Shown here piece by piece: positions 1-11,669 of a DNA stretch of 64,000 nt. Numbering within the stretch: the first letter of the stretch is position 1; the number at the start of each line of letters is the position of its first letter. The stretch is from Octopus vulgaris (lineage: Eukaryota). Location: assembly GCA_951406725.2 (NCBI GenBank), contig OX597815.1:82584001-82648000 (forward strand), written 5' to 3'. The translations under genes were made by a program, and so were the position numbers. The notes under the pieces were generated by a model. It saw only the letters and a list, made by a program, of their open reading frames with translations, did no database searches and was not told where the DNA came from.

Positions 1-19
1 TTCGTCCTAGGTTTTCGCA

Positions 20-119
20 ATGTATGTATGTATGTATGTATGTATGTATGTATGTATGTATGTATGTATGTATGTATGTATGTATGTATGTATTTATGTA
101 TGTATGTATGTATGTATGC

Positions 120-193
<74 letters not shown>

Positions 194-200
194 GTATATA

Positions 201-256
<56 letters not shown>
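20..256. repeat. Compound microsatellite (TATG)n-(TCTA)n-(TA)n
   Basis: Directly visible tandem repeats. Similar compound tracts recur throughout the window (e.g. 7600-7845, 10185-10350, 20650-20757, 21160-21538, 36420-36540, 37090-37915). Confidence 0.98.
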
Positions 257-257
<1 letters not shown>

Positions 258-289
258 TTTATTTTAAGCAGCAGAAAATTCAGCAAAAT

Positions 290-327
290 CTGTTACTCTG
301 AGTTTCTCGTTGCCGTTCATCAGACAG
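290..327 (-). ncRNA. Mirror copy of the hammerhead motif on the minus strand
   Basis: Exact reverse complement of 351-388 within the left palindrome arm. Confidence 0.7.
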
Positions 328-350
328 TTTTTGCTAGATTCTAGCAAAAA

Positions 351-388
351 CTGTCTGATGAACGGCAACGAGAAACTCAGAGTAACAG
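351..388 (+). ncRNA. Minimal type I hammerhead ribozyme motif
   Basis: CTGT-CTGATGA-A-CG-GCAA-CG-A-GAAA-CTC-A-GAG-TA-ACAG. Stem I is CTGT/ACAG, the CUGAUGA and GAAA core is intact, stem III is near-palindromic (ACTCAGAGT), and the GUA triplet predicts a cut after 384. Stem II is only 2 bp with an A.A closing mismatch. Confidence 0.7.
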
Positions 389-490
389 ATTTTGTTGAAT
401 TTTCTGCTGCTTAAAATAAAGCATATTACTCTACCACTGTTATTTGAGTACTCTTTTTTCCACCTTGTTTCACATTTATGTGTTTACTCC

Positions 491-584
<94 letters not shown>

Positions 585-810
585 TGTGTATGTATGATTG
601 TGTGTATATATCTGTCTGTCTGCATGTATGCATATAAATGGCTAGGAAAATATGTGAATTTAGAGAATTGAGCGACTACTAAGGAAAGCTCCTTTTTCCG
701 AAGAAAGCAACATCATTTTTTTCAGCTTCTATCTGGCACCTCGAGCAGACTATAGCCTTGTTAGTACGTAGGTATTTATCTATCTATCTGTCTGTCTATC
801 TATCTGTCTG

Positions 811-891
<81 letters not shown>

Positions 892-931
892 GAATCAGTG
901 TGTGTATGTGTGTGTGCGCGTATACGTGTAT

Positions 932-1160
932 GTGTTTGCTTTCCTCTTTGTTCTCCACCGGTGCTTGCTTAGAGGTTCAGCAAAAACTCGATCGAGAGAA
1001 TAAGTACCAGGCTTAAAAAATCATTACCGGGGCTCGTTTCATTCGACATGCAAAAATAAAAAAATAAAGGCCGCAGTCTAATGACCGAAACAAGTAAGTT
1101 ATAAAACATTTCGGTGCTGCAGCATGGCCGCAGTCAAATGACTAAACTAGTAAAAGAATA
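932..1160 (+). mobile_element. 3' part of tRNA-derived SINE family A (degenerate)
   Basis: Contains GAATAAGTACCAGGCTTA and GCATGGCCGCAGTCAAATGACT, matching the tail of the full copy at 58743-59160. Confidence 0.7.
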
Positions 1161-1527
1161 ATTTTGTGTGTATATAGAATTGAACTGCATGTTATTTTTG
1201 TTAGCCCATTTGTAGATTTTATTCAGGTCTTTCTGCAGTTTTATGATGTCCTCTGGGTTCCTAACTAATAGTATATATGTATATTATTGTTGTTATTATG
1301 TTAAGCTGTCCTATGTCCAAATGCGTTTTCTTCAATATTTATTGTTGCTTGTAATAGACGGTTCTTTGGGTTAAACTCTCGTATCTCCAGCTTCTTCAGA
1401 TGCCAAGTTATGAAAAATTGTCAAAGTGTAATGCAAAGGTTTTGCTATGGAATGTTGAAACTATTTTTCCTTTTTCTGAAAACGCAACCGTTTGGACTTA
1501 CGGCACTTTTACATAATAGCAATGATA

Positions 1528-2022
1528 TGTATAAAATTAATATCAATAGCAGTTTACAATGTTTCACCAAAAAGGAAAATTACAAATGTTACTAAATGCG
1601 AATAGGGTGTTAGAAAACACATATTGCTAGAAATAAGAGGTAAAACGCTCTAATGCTGTAGTTAACGCACATGAATAAAAGTATATACACTAAAAGGGAC
1701 CATAATCCTCCGAAAAGGAATGCATAATAATGACATGTCAGTTCCGGCAATTTCCGTCGCCTCATCATTGAAGCCAGCTCGCCTTCGGTCCTTTTTGGAC
1801 TCGCTTCGCCATTAGTATTTATGCTTCCGTCAACAAAATAATTGGATGATTTAGTGATTTGCTAATGTGTATATATAAAATTAATATGAACAACAGTTTG
1901 CAATGTTTCAATATAAAAGACAGTTAAAAATACCACTAAATGCGACTAGGGTGTTAAACAATACCTACAGTGCTAGCAATAAGAGTTAAAACATTCTAAT
2001 GCTGTAGGGAATGCACATGAAT
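1528..2022. repeat. Pair of diverged ~150-bp direct repeats (about 1528-1676 and 1873-2022)
   Basis: Shared blocks ATAAAATTAATAT..CAATGTTTCA..ACTAAATGCGA.TAGGGTGTTA..CTAATGCTGTAG..GCACATGAATA. Confidence 0.75.
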
Positions 2023-2430
2023 ATCATATCATATTTAGAATACAAATCAGTGGAATATAATATATTGACACAAATGTACATCTAAAGTATTTACTTTGTA
2101 ATACAGAACTCCATAAGAAATAATATGACATACTCAGAACATAGACATTTCTCTGTCTCATATGTATATAGAAACATTTGTTTAATTCTGTTCCAAATAT
2201 CAAATACGAAATATCATATTTCTATAACAGACTGTAACAAATTGGTTCCCTGATGATCCATTTTGGTCAGGCACCCGAATGATAAGTTACAATTAACTGC
2301 AATAGCGAAACGCACATACGAACAAAATATTTATACAGATGTTCATTTTAATATTCCGGTATATATATATATATGTGTGTGTGTGTGTATGTGTGTGTGT
2401 GTATGTGTGATGTGTGTGTGTGCTTGTGCG

Positions 2431-2466
<36 letters not shown>

Positions 2467-3428
2467 TACACACACACACATATATAGTCTTATTCATGCA
2501 TTGAGTATTTTTGTTCACGTTTGTTCTCTCTCTCTCTCTCTCTCCCCCCCTCTCTGTGATTGGAGAGAAATAGAGAAAGTGAAAGAGAAGTATACGGAGA
2601 AGAAGAGAAAGGAAGGCATTTGCGATTCGTGATTTTAATTCTTAGATCGAGTATGAGTTTTGGAACCTCAAAGGATCAACATTCCCAACTAATATGTTCT
2701 GCTTTTATATTTTTGCTCCTGTTGAATTAATGAAAAAAACACATACGGACGTTTTTTTTTTTTCTTTTGTCACATGGTTTTTATATAATTCAATATCCGC
2801 AATTAATACTCTAGCGATGTTGAATTGGCAATATTTTACCACAAGAAGTGTTTGAAACACCATAGAGCATATGGATTAACTTTAAAGCAAAGCTAAATAC
2901 ACTTTTCTAAAGGGTGACATAACATGACTGCGTAGTTTTACTCTTTTATTTAAAATGAGTAATAATTTAATCTTGTTTTCAAATATAAAATTAATGTGCA
3001 TTGCATAAATTGCATTCTGCACAAAAGTCAAAATTATATGCGTGTGTATGAATGTATACACACATACATACATGTCCACACACACACTCACAGACACACA
3101 TAGATAAACACAGTCACACATACACAAACACACACACATACATTCTCTCTCACTCCCTCACACACACATTAGTCTTGCATCTCAGTATTTAATTCCTCTT
3201 TCTTAAGCAATATCATCCGAAATATCAGTTGGCATATTCATCTCCAATGTACAATACTTGCTTTTTTTTCCGATTTATATACCTGCTCTTTTTTCACTCA
3301 CGTTGATTTTACTTGTCTGACTCCAAATATTATTTGTTTGTATGTCACATAATATGTGAGATAGAAATATTGCCGCATAATCTTTCTCATAATAATTACG
3401 TTTGATATATCTATATATCTTCACTTTG

Positions 3429-3468
<40 letters not shown>

Positions 3469-3554
3469 AATCCAAACGGGAAACAAAAAAACAACAACAA
3501 TGGAACAAATACAGTATTATTATTAATAGGCGCTCAGGAAATGGAAGCAGGGAG

Positions 3555-3590
3555 GTATGACGTTTCGAGCGGAGCTCTTCGTCGGAAACA
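3555..3590 (-). ncRNA. Degenerate hammerhead-like motif in the PLE terminal repeat
   Basis: The minus strand reads CCGACGA-A-GAGC-TCC-GCTC-GAAAC-GTC. Stem II and the palindromic ACGT stem III are present, but the CUGAUGA box is mutated and stem I is poor. Confidence 0.45.
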
Positions 3591-3754
3591 TAAAGAAGGA
3601 AGAGAGAGGAAAGAAAGATCCCAGAGCGGGCAACAAGGATAGAGAAAAAAAACGACTGGTGTTTACGAGTTGCACATGGTGAAAGGCGGATGTTTACGAT
3701 AACAAGAGCAAAGTAGGTGTCTCCAAAGAGTGGAGACAAGGTTGGTAACGCAAC

Positions 3755-4441
3755 AGATGTGTGTGTATGTGTGAGTGTGTGCGTGTGCGTGTGTGTATGT
3801 GTGTGTGTGAGGCGAGATAAAAAAACAAAAAATATATGTATGTGTTAGTGTGTGCGTCTGTGTGTAGGCGTGTGAGGTAGGGCGAGACAGTGGTCAGCTT
3901 AGCAGACAAAGGTCAGTAGTAAGAAAAAGAAGGAAGGAGGAAGGGAGGGAGGGGAAGGGGTGGGGGCGTATGTAGCGTGCCAGCGTGTGTTGAGTAGTAG
4001 TGTGTGTGTGTGTCCAGTGTCGTGGTAGTATTAATGGCGAGTAGATTGAATATGTGTAAGAGTAATGTATATATTTAAGCAATGTGTGTATATGTGTGCG
4101 CGTGTGTGTAACGAAAAAAAGGGGGGGTTAAGGAAAAAGGACTCCAGCTGAGGGGAAGATGGAAGAGTGGTCCCGCGGAGACGGGCGTGGGAAAACCCAA
4201 CGACAAGCGACGGTCCCAGGAACGGGCGGGAGGTCCCGTCGGGTCCAAGAGCGAGGTGCATGCGGCGCGTATGCGTGCGCGAACCGGCGCAAGCGCGTGT
4301 GTGCGCGCGCCTGCGAGTATGCGCGTAAGTATGTATGTGTGTGGATGTGTGAGTGTGTCTGTGTGTATGTCTGGGTGGCAGTGTGTCCGATGAATGTATG
4401 TGAGTATGTGTGTATATATGTGTGTGCATAGATGTATGTCC

Positions 4442-4472
<31 letters not shown>

Positions 4473-6420
4473 AGTGTGTATGTATGTACGTGTGGGTGTG
4501 GGGAAGTGTGTGTATGTGCATGTGTGTGCGCGTACATACAGGTGTGTGAGTGAGTGTGTGTGTGTGTATGTATGTGTGAGTGTGTATGTATGTGTGTGTA
4601 GGATGCATGTATGTGTATGGGTGTATGTATGCGTGTGTGTATGTATGTATGTGTACATGCGTGTGTGTGTGTGTATGCGTGTAGGTGTGCGCGTGTGCAT
4701 GCATGCATGCATGTGCGTATGTGTGTGTGTGTGCATGTGTGTGGGTATATATGTATGTGCGTATATATGTGTGTATGTGCGTACATGTGTGTGTGTGTAT
4801 GCATGTGTGTGTATGTAGGTGTGTAGGGGTGTGTGTGTAGGTAGGTGTATGTGTGTATGGGCGTGTGTATATAGGTGTATGTGTGTATGTGTGTATGTAG
4901 GTGTGTGGGCGTGTGTATATGTGTGTGTATGTAGGTGTGTGGGCGTGTGTATATAGGTGTATGTGTGTATGTCTGGGTGTGTCCGTGCATGTTTGTGTGT
5001 GTGTCTGTATGCATGTGTATGTAGGTGTGTGTGTACGTGTGTAATGTATGTGTGTATGCGTGTGTATGCGTGCGTGTGTGTATGTAGGTGCGTGTGTATG
5101 TGTGTGGGAGTGTAGGTGTGTGTGTGCGTGTGCGTGTTTATGTTGGTGTGTGCGTATGTGAGTGTGAGTGTATGGGTGTTTGTCATGCATGTGTGTGCGC
5201 GTGCAGTGTGTGTGTGTGTGTAAGTATGTGTGTGTGTATGTGTGTATGTGTGTATGTCTGTGTGTATGTATGTGCGTATAGGAGTATGTAGGTATGTGTG
5301 TGTATGTATATGGGTGTATGTATGTATAAGTGTGTGTGTGCATGTGTATAAGTATATGTGTGTGTGCGTATGTGTGTGTATGTGTATGTGTGTGTGTTTA
5401 TGTATGTGTGTATGTATGTGTGTAGGCGTGTGTGTGTAGATGTATATATGTATGGGTGTGTGTCTGTGTGTGTTTGTGTGTGTGTGTAGGTAGATGTGTG
5501 TGTCTGAGTGAGGGTATGGCTGTGTAGGTGTGTGTGTGTATGAATGTAAGTGTGTGTGTATACAAGTGTAATGTATGTATGTAGGTGTGTGTGTGTGTAT
5601 GTGTACGTGTGCGTGTGTATGTGTGTGTGTGTATGCGTGTGAGTGTGAGTGTATGGGTGTATGTCTGTGTGTGTGTATGTCTGAAGTAGGTATGTGTGTG
5701 TATGTATGTATGTGTGTGTGTGTGTGTATGTGTGTGTGTGAGTAGGTGTGCGTGTATGTATGTGGGTAGGGATGCATGCGAGTGTGTGGGTATGTATGCA
5801 TACATACGCATGCGCACATCCGAAGCAAGCCCACACATACGAAGCGCGCTCACGCACACAACGCACAAGCAGTACAACGCAAGCCCAAGGGGCCGACCAA
5901 GCCCCAGCGCGCGCCAAGGCGCGCGAGCGCAAAGGCCCTCGAACGCCCCGCTACGCGGGAACCGAGGATCCATCAGCCAAAACCGGAAAGCAGAAAAGAG
6001 GGGGGGCTGCCTGGATGCAAAAAGGTGTATGTGTGTGTGCATTCAGTGTAAGGGTGTGCATGTGTGGGTATGTATGTATGTATGTGCCTACATGTATGTG
6101 TGCATGTGTGTGTGTGTGAAGTATGTACGTGCGGTGTGTGTGTGTGAGTGTGTGTGTATGTATGTGCATATGTATGTGTGTGTGTATGTGTGTATGTATG
6201 TCTGTGTGTGTGTGTGTGTGTGTAAGTATGTATGTGTGTGTGTATGTATGTATGTGTGTGTGTATGTGCATGTTGGTTTGTATGTTAGTGTGTGCAAGTA
6301 TGTCTGTAAGTGTGTGTGATTAAATGTGTGAATGTATGTACGTAGATGGGTCTACGTATGTGTGTGTGTGAACAGGCGTGTGGGAGGTAGGTGGGTGGGT
6401 GTGTGTGGGTGGTGTGTCCG
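3755..6420. repeat. Long degenerate (GT/GTAT)-type microsatellite with two GC-rich non-repetitive islands
   Basis: Visible directly, with islands at about 4110-4330 and 5770-6025. Confidence 0.9.
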
Positions 6421-6446
6421 GGGAAAAAAAAAAAAAAAAACAGATC

Positions 6447-7350
6447 TCAAGAGGAGGGGGCTGTGTTAAGTCCGTGTGGGGTGGTAGTTTGTAGGGTGAA
6501 GATGTAGCGTTGCTCCAAGTGGAGCCTGGAAAGTGGGCGACCATTGTGGGGGGCGAGACCAAACACTGAGATGTCATCTAGGGAATGGCCGGCCGAGCGG
6601 AAGTGGCGTGCGACGGGAGAAAAAGAGTGTAGGCGAACGTCCCTCAAGTGTTCAGTGAAACGGTCGGACAACCGGCGTCCCGTCTGTCCTACATACAGCA
6701 TCCCGCATAGGTTGCATTTAATGCAGTAAATAAGGCCAGACGAGGTGCACGTAAAAGAGTGCCTAATGCGTACAGTATGCAGGTTGGAGCCGGTGACAGC
6801 GGTGGTGTTGGTGATGAAGGGGCAAGTGTTGCAGCGGGATCTAGAGCAAGGGAATGATCCGTGTGGGGCTGAGGGGGAAGGAGAGAGGGTGCTGTGGACC
6901 AGGAGGTCACGTAGATTGCGGGCTCGTTTGAAAGAGGACAGGGGTGGGTTAGGGAAAATGGGGCGGGTGGTGGTATCAAGCTGGAGGCGACGGAAGGCAC
7001 GTAGTATCTTGCGACGAAGGGGTAGGGTAGAGGGGTGGAAAAGGAGGGGGAAGGGGGTGCGGTTGGGGGGTGGGCGGGGGGAAGGAGACAGGGCGGTAGT
7101 GCGGTCGATGCGACGGGCGCGGGTGAGGGCATCAGAGAGGAGTATGGGTGGGTAACCTCGGAGTCTGAACATGCGGGCCAGGTATTGAGATTGGGTCTCG
7201 AAATCCTGGTCGCGGCTGCACAAACGTCGGAGGCGGAGGAACTGGGAGTAGGGGATGGCTCGTTTGGTGTGGAAGGGGTGGGAGGAAGAGAAGTTGAGAT
7301 AGAGGTGGGAATCCGTAGGTTTAAAGAAGGCGGTGGTGGTGAGAGAGCTG

Positions 7351-7351
<1 letters not shown>
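6447..7351 (-). CDS. Penelope-like RT C-terminus (thumb), Cys-rich linker and GIY-YIG endonuclease, 5'-truncated
   Basis: FFKPTDSHLYLNFSSSHPFHTKRAIPYSQFLRLRRLCS is the PLE thumb motif, CSRSRCNTCPF the linker, and LIYCIKCNLCGMLYVGQTGRRLSDRFTEH the GIY-YIG with CxxC. About 300 codons have no stop. The annotated ATG lies in flanking sequence beyond the TA tract. Confidence 0.93.
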
Positions 7352-7391
<40 letters not shown>

Positions 7392-7409
7392 TGAGTGCAT
7401 TTATGCGCA

Positions 7410-7545
7410 AAGGCGCATTGCCCGGTGGTTAAGACGTTATACTAACGATTATAAGATTGTGGTTTCGCTTCGCAGACCGGACAGTGCTTCGTATTCTTAA
7501 GCAAAACTCCTTATTTCACGTTGCTCGAGTCCACTCAACTGGTAA
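7410..7545 (+). mobile_element. tRNA-derived SINE head, family B (degenerate)
   Basis: AGGCGC..GGTGGTTAAG A-box-like and GGTTTCG B-box-like motifs, similar to the minus copy at 21540-21708. Confidence 0.5.
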
Positions 7546-7596
7546 ATTACCGGGAAACTGACATTATGAGCTTATGATTCTGGAAGAACATTTGAT

Positions 7597-7683
<87 letters not shown>

Positions 7684-7685
7684 TT

Positions 7686-7746
<61 letters not shown>

Positions 7747-7760
7747 CCAGTTAGATAGGT

Positions 7761-7823
<63 letters not shown>

Positions 7824-8022
7824 CAGATAGACAGACAGACAGATAAACAGACAGGTGGATTGCTACATCGAAAGAGGAAGTTCGAAAAACTTTCGGTACT
7901 ATTTATTCATTATTAAGCATATTTTGTATGCTAATAGAAATTGCAAATGCGTACATGGTAGATAAACATAGGGAATTTCCTGTTAGAAACATTTCAGACA
8001 AGGAATCAAATAATATTTATGA

Positions 8023-8525
8023 CTAGCGGGACCGGGGAATATTTCAAGGAATTAATGGTAAACTCATCGTTTTTTTTTCTGAAAACTTTACCCCAAATCC
8101 TGAAAGCGTATACAATATCTGGTCTGCATGGTCGTTTATTTGCTAATCATTGAAAAGTGAAGGAAGGCGGAATACAATGATTACTTAATACACGTTATAT
8201 ATACAATTTATATACTTTATGCACAATTTCATAGACTTAATACACAGCACTCTCCCTCTCACTTTTCGCCTTTCCCTTCATCTAATCCCGTGAAAGCGTT
8301 ACAGACGGGCTAAGTAACAGAAAAAACAACTTAGTTAAAGAAATTGCACATTTCACTCACTATTACCTCTCCCTCCCCTATCTCATCTCCCCTTTTTCTC
8401 CCCATTCCTTCCTCCCACCACTCCCTCTCCCGTGTCTCCCATCACTCCTCTCCTCCTTCAACTAATCACGTGGAATCGTTACAGACGGGTTAAGTAACGG
8501 AGGAACAAGCAGAACTATTATAAGA
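8023..8525 (-). mobile_element. Possible non-autonomous Helitron-like element with an internal ~55-bp direct repeat
   Basis: The minus strand begins A|TC and ends CTAG|T. The internal repeats are at about 8274-8330 and 8454-8510 (CTAATC.CGTG.AA.CGTTACAGACGGG.TAAGTAAC). Confidence 0.35.
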
Positions 8526-9229
8526 TTTTATTCTCAAGTCTAAAGAATTTCATGTGTGGTAGTGAATAAAGAATATCTGAAACTTTTTTCAGCTTTCTGC
8601 TTTGATATATAACCACTCTGCAAACAGTATTTCCAGAATCTTTAACTTTCATATATACCTCATATATATACACAACAATACTTGGAATACTGGACTAAGT
8701 AGATGTGCTTCAAGAATACACAGCTTGGGTTTTACTCTACCTAAATAATGTTTATTTATTTATTTGCACACACGCATATAAATAGAGAAAGAGAGAAGGA
8801 GAGACAAACAGAGAGAGAAAGAGAGAAAGAGAGAGAGGAGATATAGCGAGAAGTAGACAGGTAAAGTTACATAAAACCCGTATGCATACATGCATACATA
8901 CAGAGGTACACACACAATCCTGCCATGTTGATATAGTCCGTCTATTCGCTAATTGATGTCATGACGTAGCTAACTGCTGTGAACAGCCGCAGAAAAGCAT
9001 AATTTACGAATCTGCTTCGTTGACTCGTAAATCTCAGCTCAAATCCAACAGTATAGCTTATAGCCTTGTTAGGCACATTTTCCCAGTTCAACGAGTTTAG
9101 TCTTCCAAAACGAAATCAAGCAATGGACTGTCTCGCTATTGATGTTAAAATGTTAGCCAATATTTTCATGTGCATGATGTTAAAAAATATATATTTTTCC
9201 TTTGATTGTTAAATGTAACGTTATATATA

Positions 9230-9795
9230 CGAAGGTGAGTCAAAAAGTAATGCCATTTTATTTAGGACTGGTATAATTACCAACACAAGAACATGTATCA
9301 TACGTCAAAATGAAGCTGGTCCTCTGTGGATCGCATCCCTACTTCTCAATATAGTCACCATTTCTCTCAATAATAGTGTTCCACCTATAAATGAGAGCAT
9401 GTATCTCTGCCCCGTAAAATTCTGTTGACTGTTCTTTGAGCCACTTCTCCACTACAGTTTTCACTTCCTCGTCAGTGGACTATCATCGTCATTGGACTAT
9501 GATCTCTTCGGCCCCATGAAACAAGGTTTGAGAGGCAAACATTATTCCAGTGACAAGGAAGTGAAAACTGTAGTGAAGAAGTGGCTCAAAGAACAGTCAA
9601 CAGAATTTTATGGGGTAGGGATACATACTCTTATTCGAAGGTGGAACATTGCTATTAAGAGAAACGGTGACTATGTTGAGAAGTAGGGATGTGATCCACA
9701 GAGGACCAGCTTCATTTTGATGTATGATACATGTTTCTGTGTTGGTAGTTATACCTGTCTTAAACAAAATGACATTACTTTTTGACTCGCCCTCG
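9230..9795. mobile_element. Fold-back mariner derivative: two inverted copies of a mariner 3' end, flanked by TA
   Basis: Arms 9230-9479 and 9546-9795 are diverged reverse complements. The termini are TA|CGAAGGTGAGTCAAAAAGT and ACTTTTTGACTCGCCCTCG|TA. ORF 9492-9686 (DYDLFGPMK..RWNIAIKRNGDYVEK) is a mariner transposase C-terminus. Confidence 0.9.
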
Positions 9796-10200
9796 TATAT
9801 TTATATATGTGCACGTTTGCGATGTTAAAACGTAAGTCAATGTGTATCTATGTATGATGCTTTACATCTAGGCCATTATGCATATGTGCATAATATATAA
9901 ATGGGGTTAATATATATGTGAATGAAGTTTCAAAGTAACCTAATGCGTAGATGTTACGATATTTAAATGTACACTAATATGTCAAAATATATGATGATTA
10001 CATGAAAGCAGATATGTGTATGGGTAATATGTTTAAATGGAACGTAATACGGATATGCTTACAATGTTTAAATCTAACCCATTGAGTACGCTAGTATGAC
10101 ATTTAAATGTAAGTCGAGATGAATATGTGCATATTCTTAAATGTAAGTTAATACGCCTATATGTATGCAGATATGGGCCTGACTATCTATCAATTTATCA

Positions 10201-10355
<155 letters not shown>

Positions 10356-10480
10356 TGAGAGAAAAACGAAAGTTTCATATTTTGCATAGGGTCAAAGTTG
10401 GCTACAAAAACAGGACAGTGAAAGAAATAGTGAGGGCTGCTAAGCCAGACGGGGTAAGATGGCGAACGCTGAGGAACATT

Positions 10481-10563
<83 letters not shown>

Positions 10564-10606
10564 GATATGAAGCATACACTCTTGGCTTTTCACATTTGTT
10601 CTGCTA

Positions 10607-10639
<33 letters not shown>

Positions 10640-10644
10640 GAGAG

Positions 10645-10697
<53 letters not shown>

Positions 10698-10759
10698 CAT
10701 AAATACATACATATACGTACGTACACACACACATATACACACACACTCACAAAATCACT

Positions 10760-10900
10760 TGTAGAGAAAAATAACCGTATGTAGCGTCCCAGTAAATAAG
10801 TTAAAGAAACATCTAATAAATGTCTACAAGTCTACAAGTAACTGATTTCATATCTTCGTATGGCGTCTATTCCTCCTTTTCTCTCTTCCCCGCTTTGCCT

Positions 10901-10943
<43 letters not shown>

Positions 10944-11631
10944 GTCTCTTCCTCTCTCTCCCCTCTCTCTCTCTCCCCCCTCTCTCTCTCTCCCCTGCCC
11001 TTTCTACACTCCTGCGTTGCCCTTTGTTGCCGCCTTTTGCCCTCCCTCCCCACTTTCTGTGTTTCACTCTGCCTTCAAACACCCCTTCTCCCTCCTACTA
11101 CTAACACGTGACATGTGGTCATCGTCATATCACCTTCCTTTTCACTCACACTGCCTAAGCGAGCGGTCGTATTTTCTCTCGTCTTGCACTTTATTCTCCT
11201 CTTTCTGTCTCTCTAACAAATCCTTTAGAATTTCCCCCTCGGTGTTAATCATTCTGTGTCCTGTCCGGCCTTAAGGCCATATTCTGTTTATTTATTCCAG
11301 TTCCTTCGTATATCAACACGTCATCCTGTTTACTTTCGTCTTTGTCCCGCGTCCATCCACTAATTGATTCGTCTTGAATTACATTTATTCCGCATATGGC
11401 CGTTCACTTCCGTATCGCATGGTTGTTCATTTTCCCGTCATGTTTGGTCCCATGTTTGTTGGCTCGCCATTACCTGACAACGTGGCACCGTCGACGTCCC
11501 CAGACAGGATGTAGTATTATCGTTAAAGCGCATAATTACGTTTGACCCTGTGGCCGATTGCTAATGAGGATTTATTGACCTCTGTGTCTGTTTCCCATTT
11601 GTCTGTGTATTTATTATACGTTTTTCAAACA
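10760..11631 (+). mobile_element. Possible solo LTR
   Basis: TGT...ACA termini with weak terminal inversion and a pyrimidine-rich body. No clean TSD and no internal domains. Confidence 0.25.
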
Positions 11632-11669
11632 CACACGCACACACACACACACACACACATACACACATA

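Larger units (their letters stand above)
257..492. mobile_element. Short Penelope-like pLTR-derived insertion with an 81-bp-arm palindrome (257-337 / 341-421) plus a unique tail (422-492), inside (TA)n
   Basis: The arms are reverse complements with one mismatch and a 3-nt loop (ATT). It contains a hammerhead core, is flanked on both sides by (TA)n, and has a related copy at 29061-29183. Confidence 0.75.
3467..7351 (-). mobile_element. 5'-truncated Penelope-like retroelement (probably Neptune-type) inserted in (TA)n
   Basis: RT-thumb/GIY-YIG ORF at 6447-7351, a long GT/CA-rich 3' region, a hammerhead-like pLTR at about 3467-3750, and (TA)n at both boundaries. Continuity of the whole span as one element is inferred. 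Confidence 0.7.

Noticed and set aside
20-671. MYVC/YLSI/YI-repeat ORFs here and throughout the window
   Set aside because: Microsatellite artefacts.
5940-6025. SECIS element in the PLE 3' UTR
   Set aside because: No AUGA/AA/GA kink-turn layout was found, and the ORF has no in-frame TGA.
4031-6319. Long His/Thr-rich or Cys/Val/Tyr/Met-rich ORFs (up to 568 aa)
   Set aside because: They are translations of CA/GT repeats that lack stop codons, open in several frames and on both strands.
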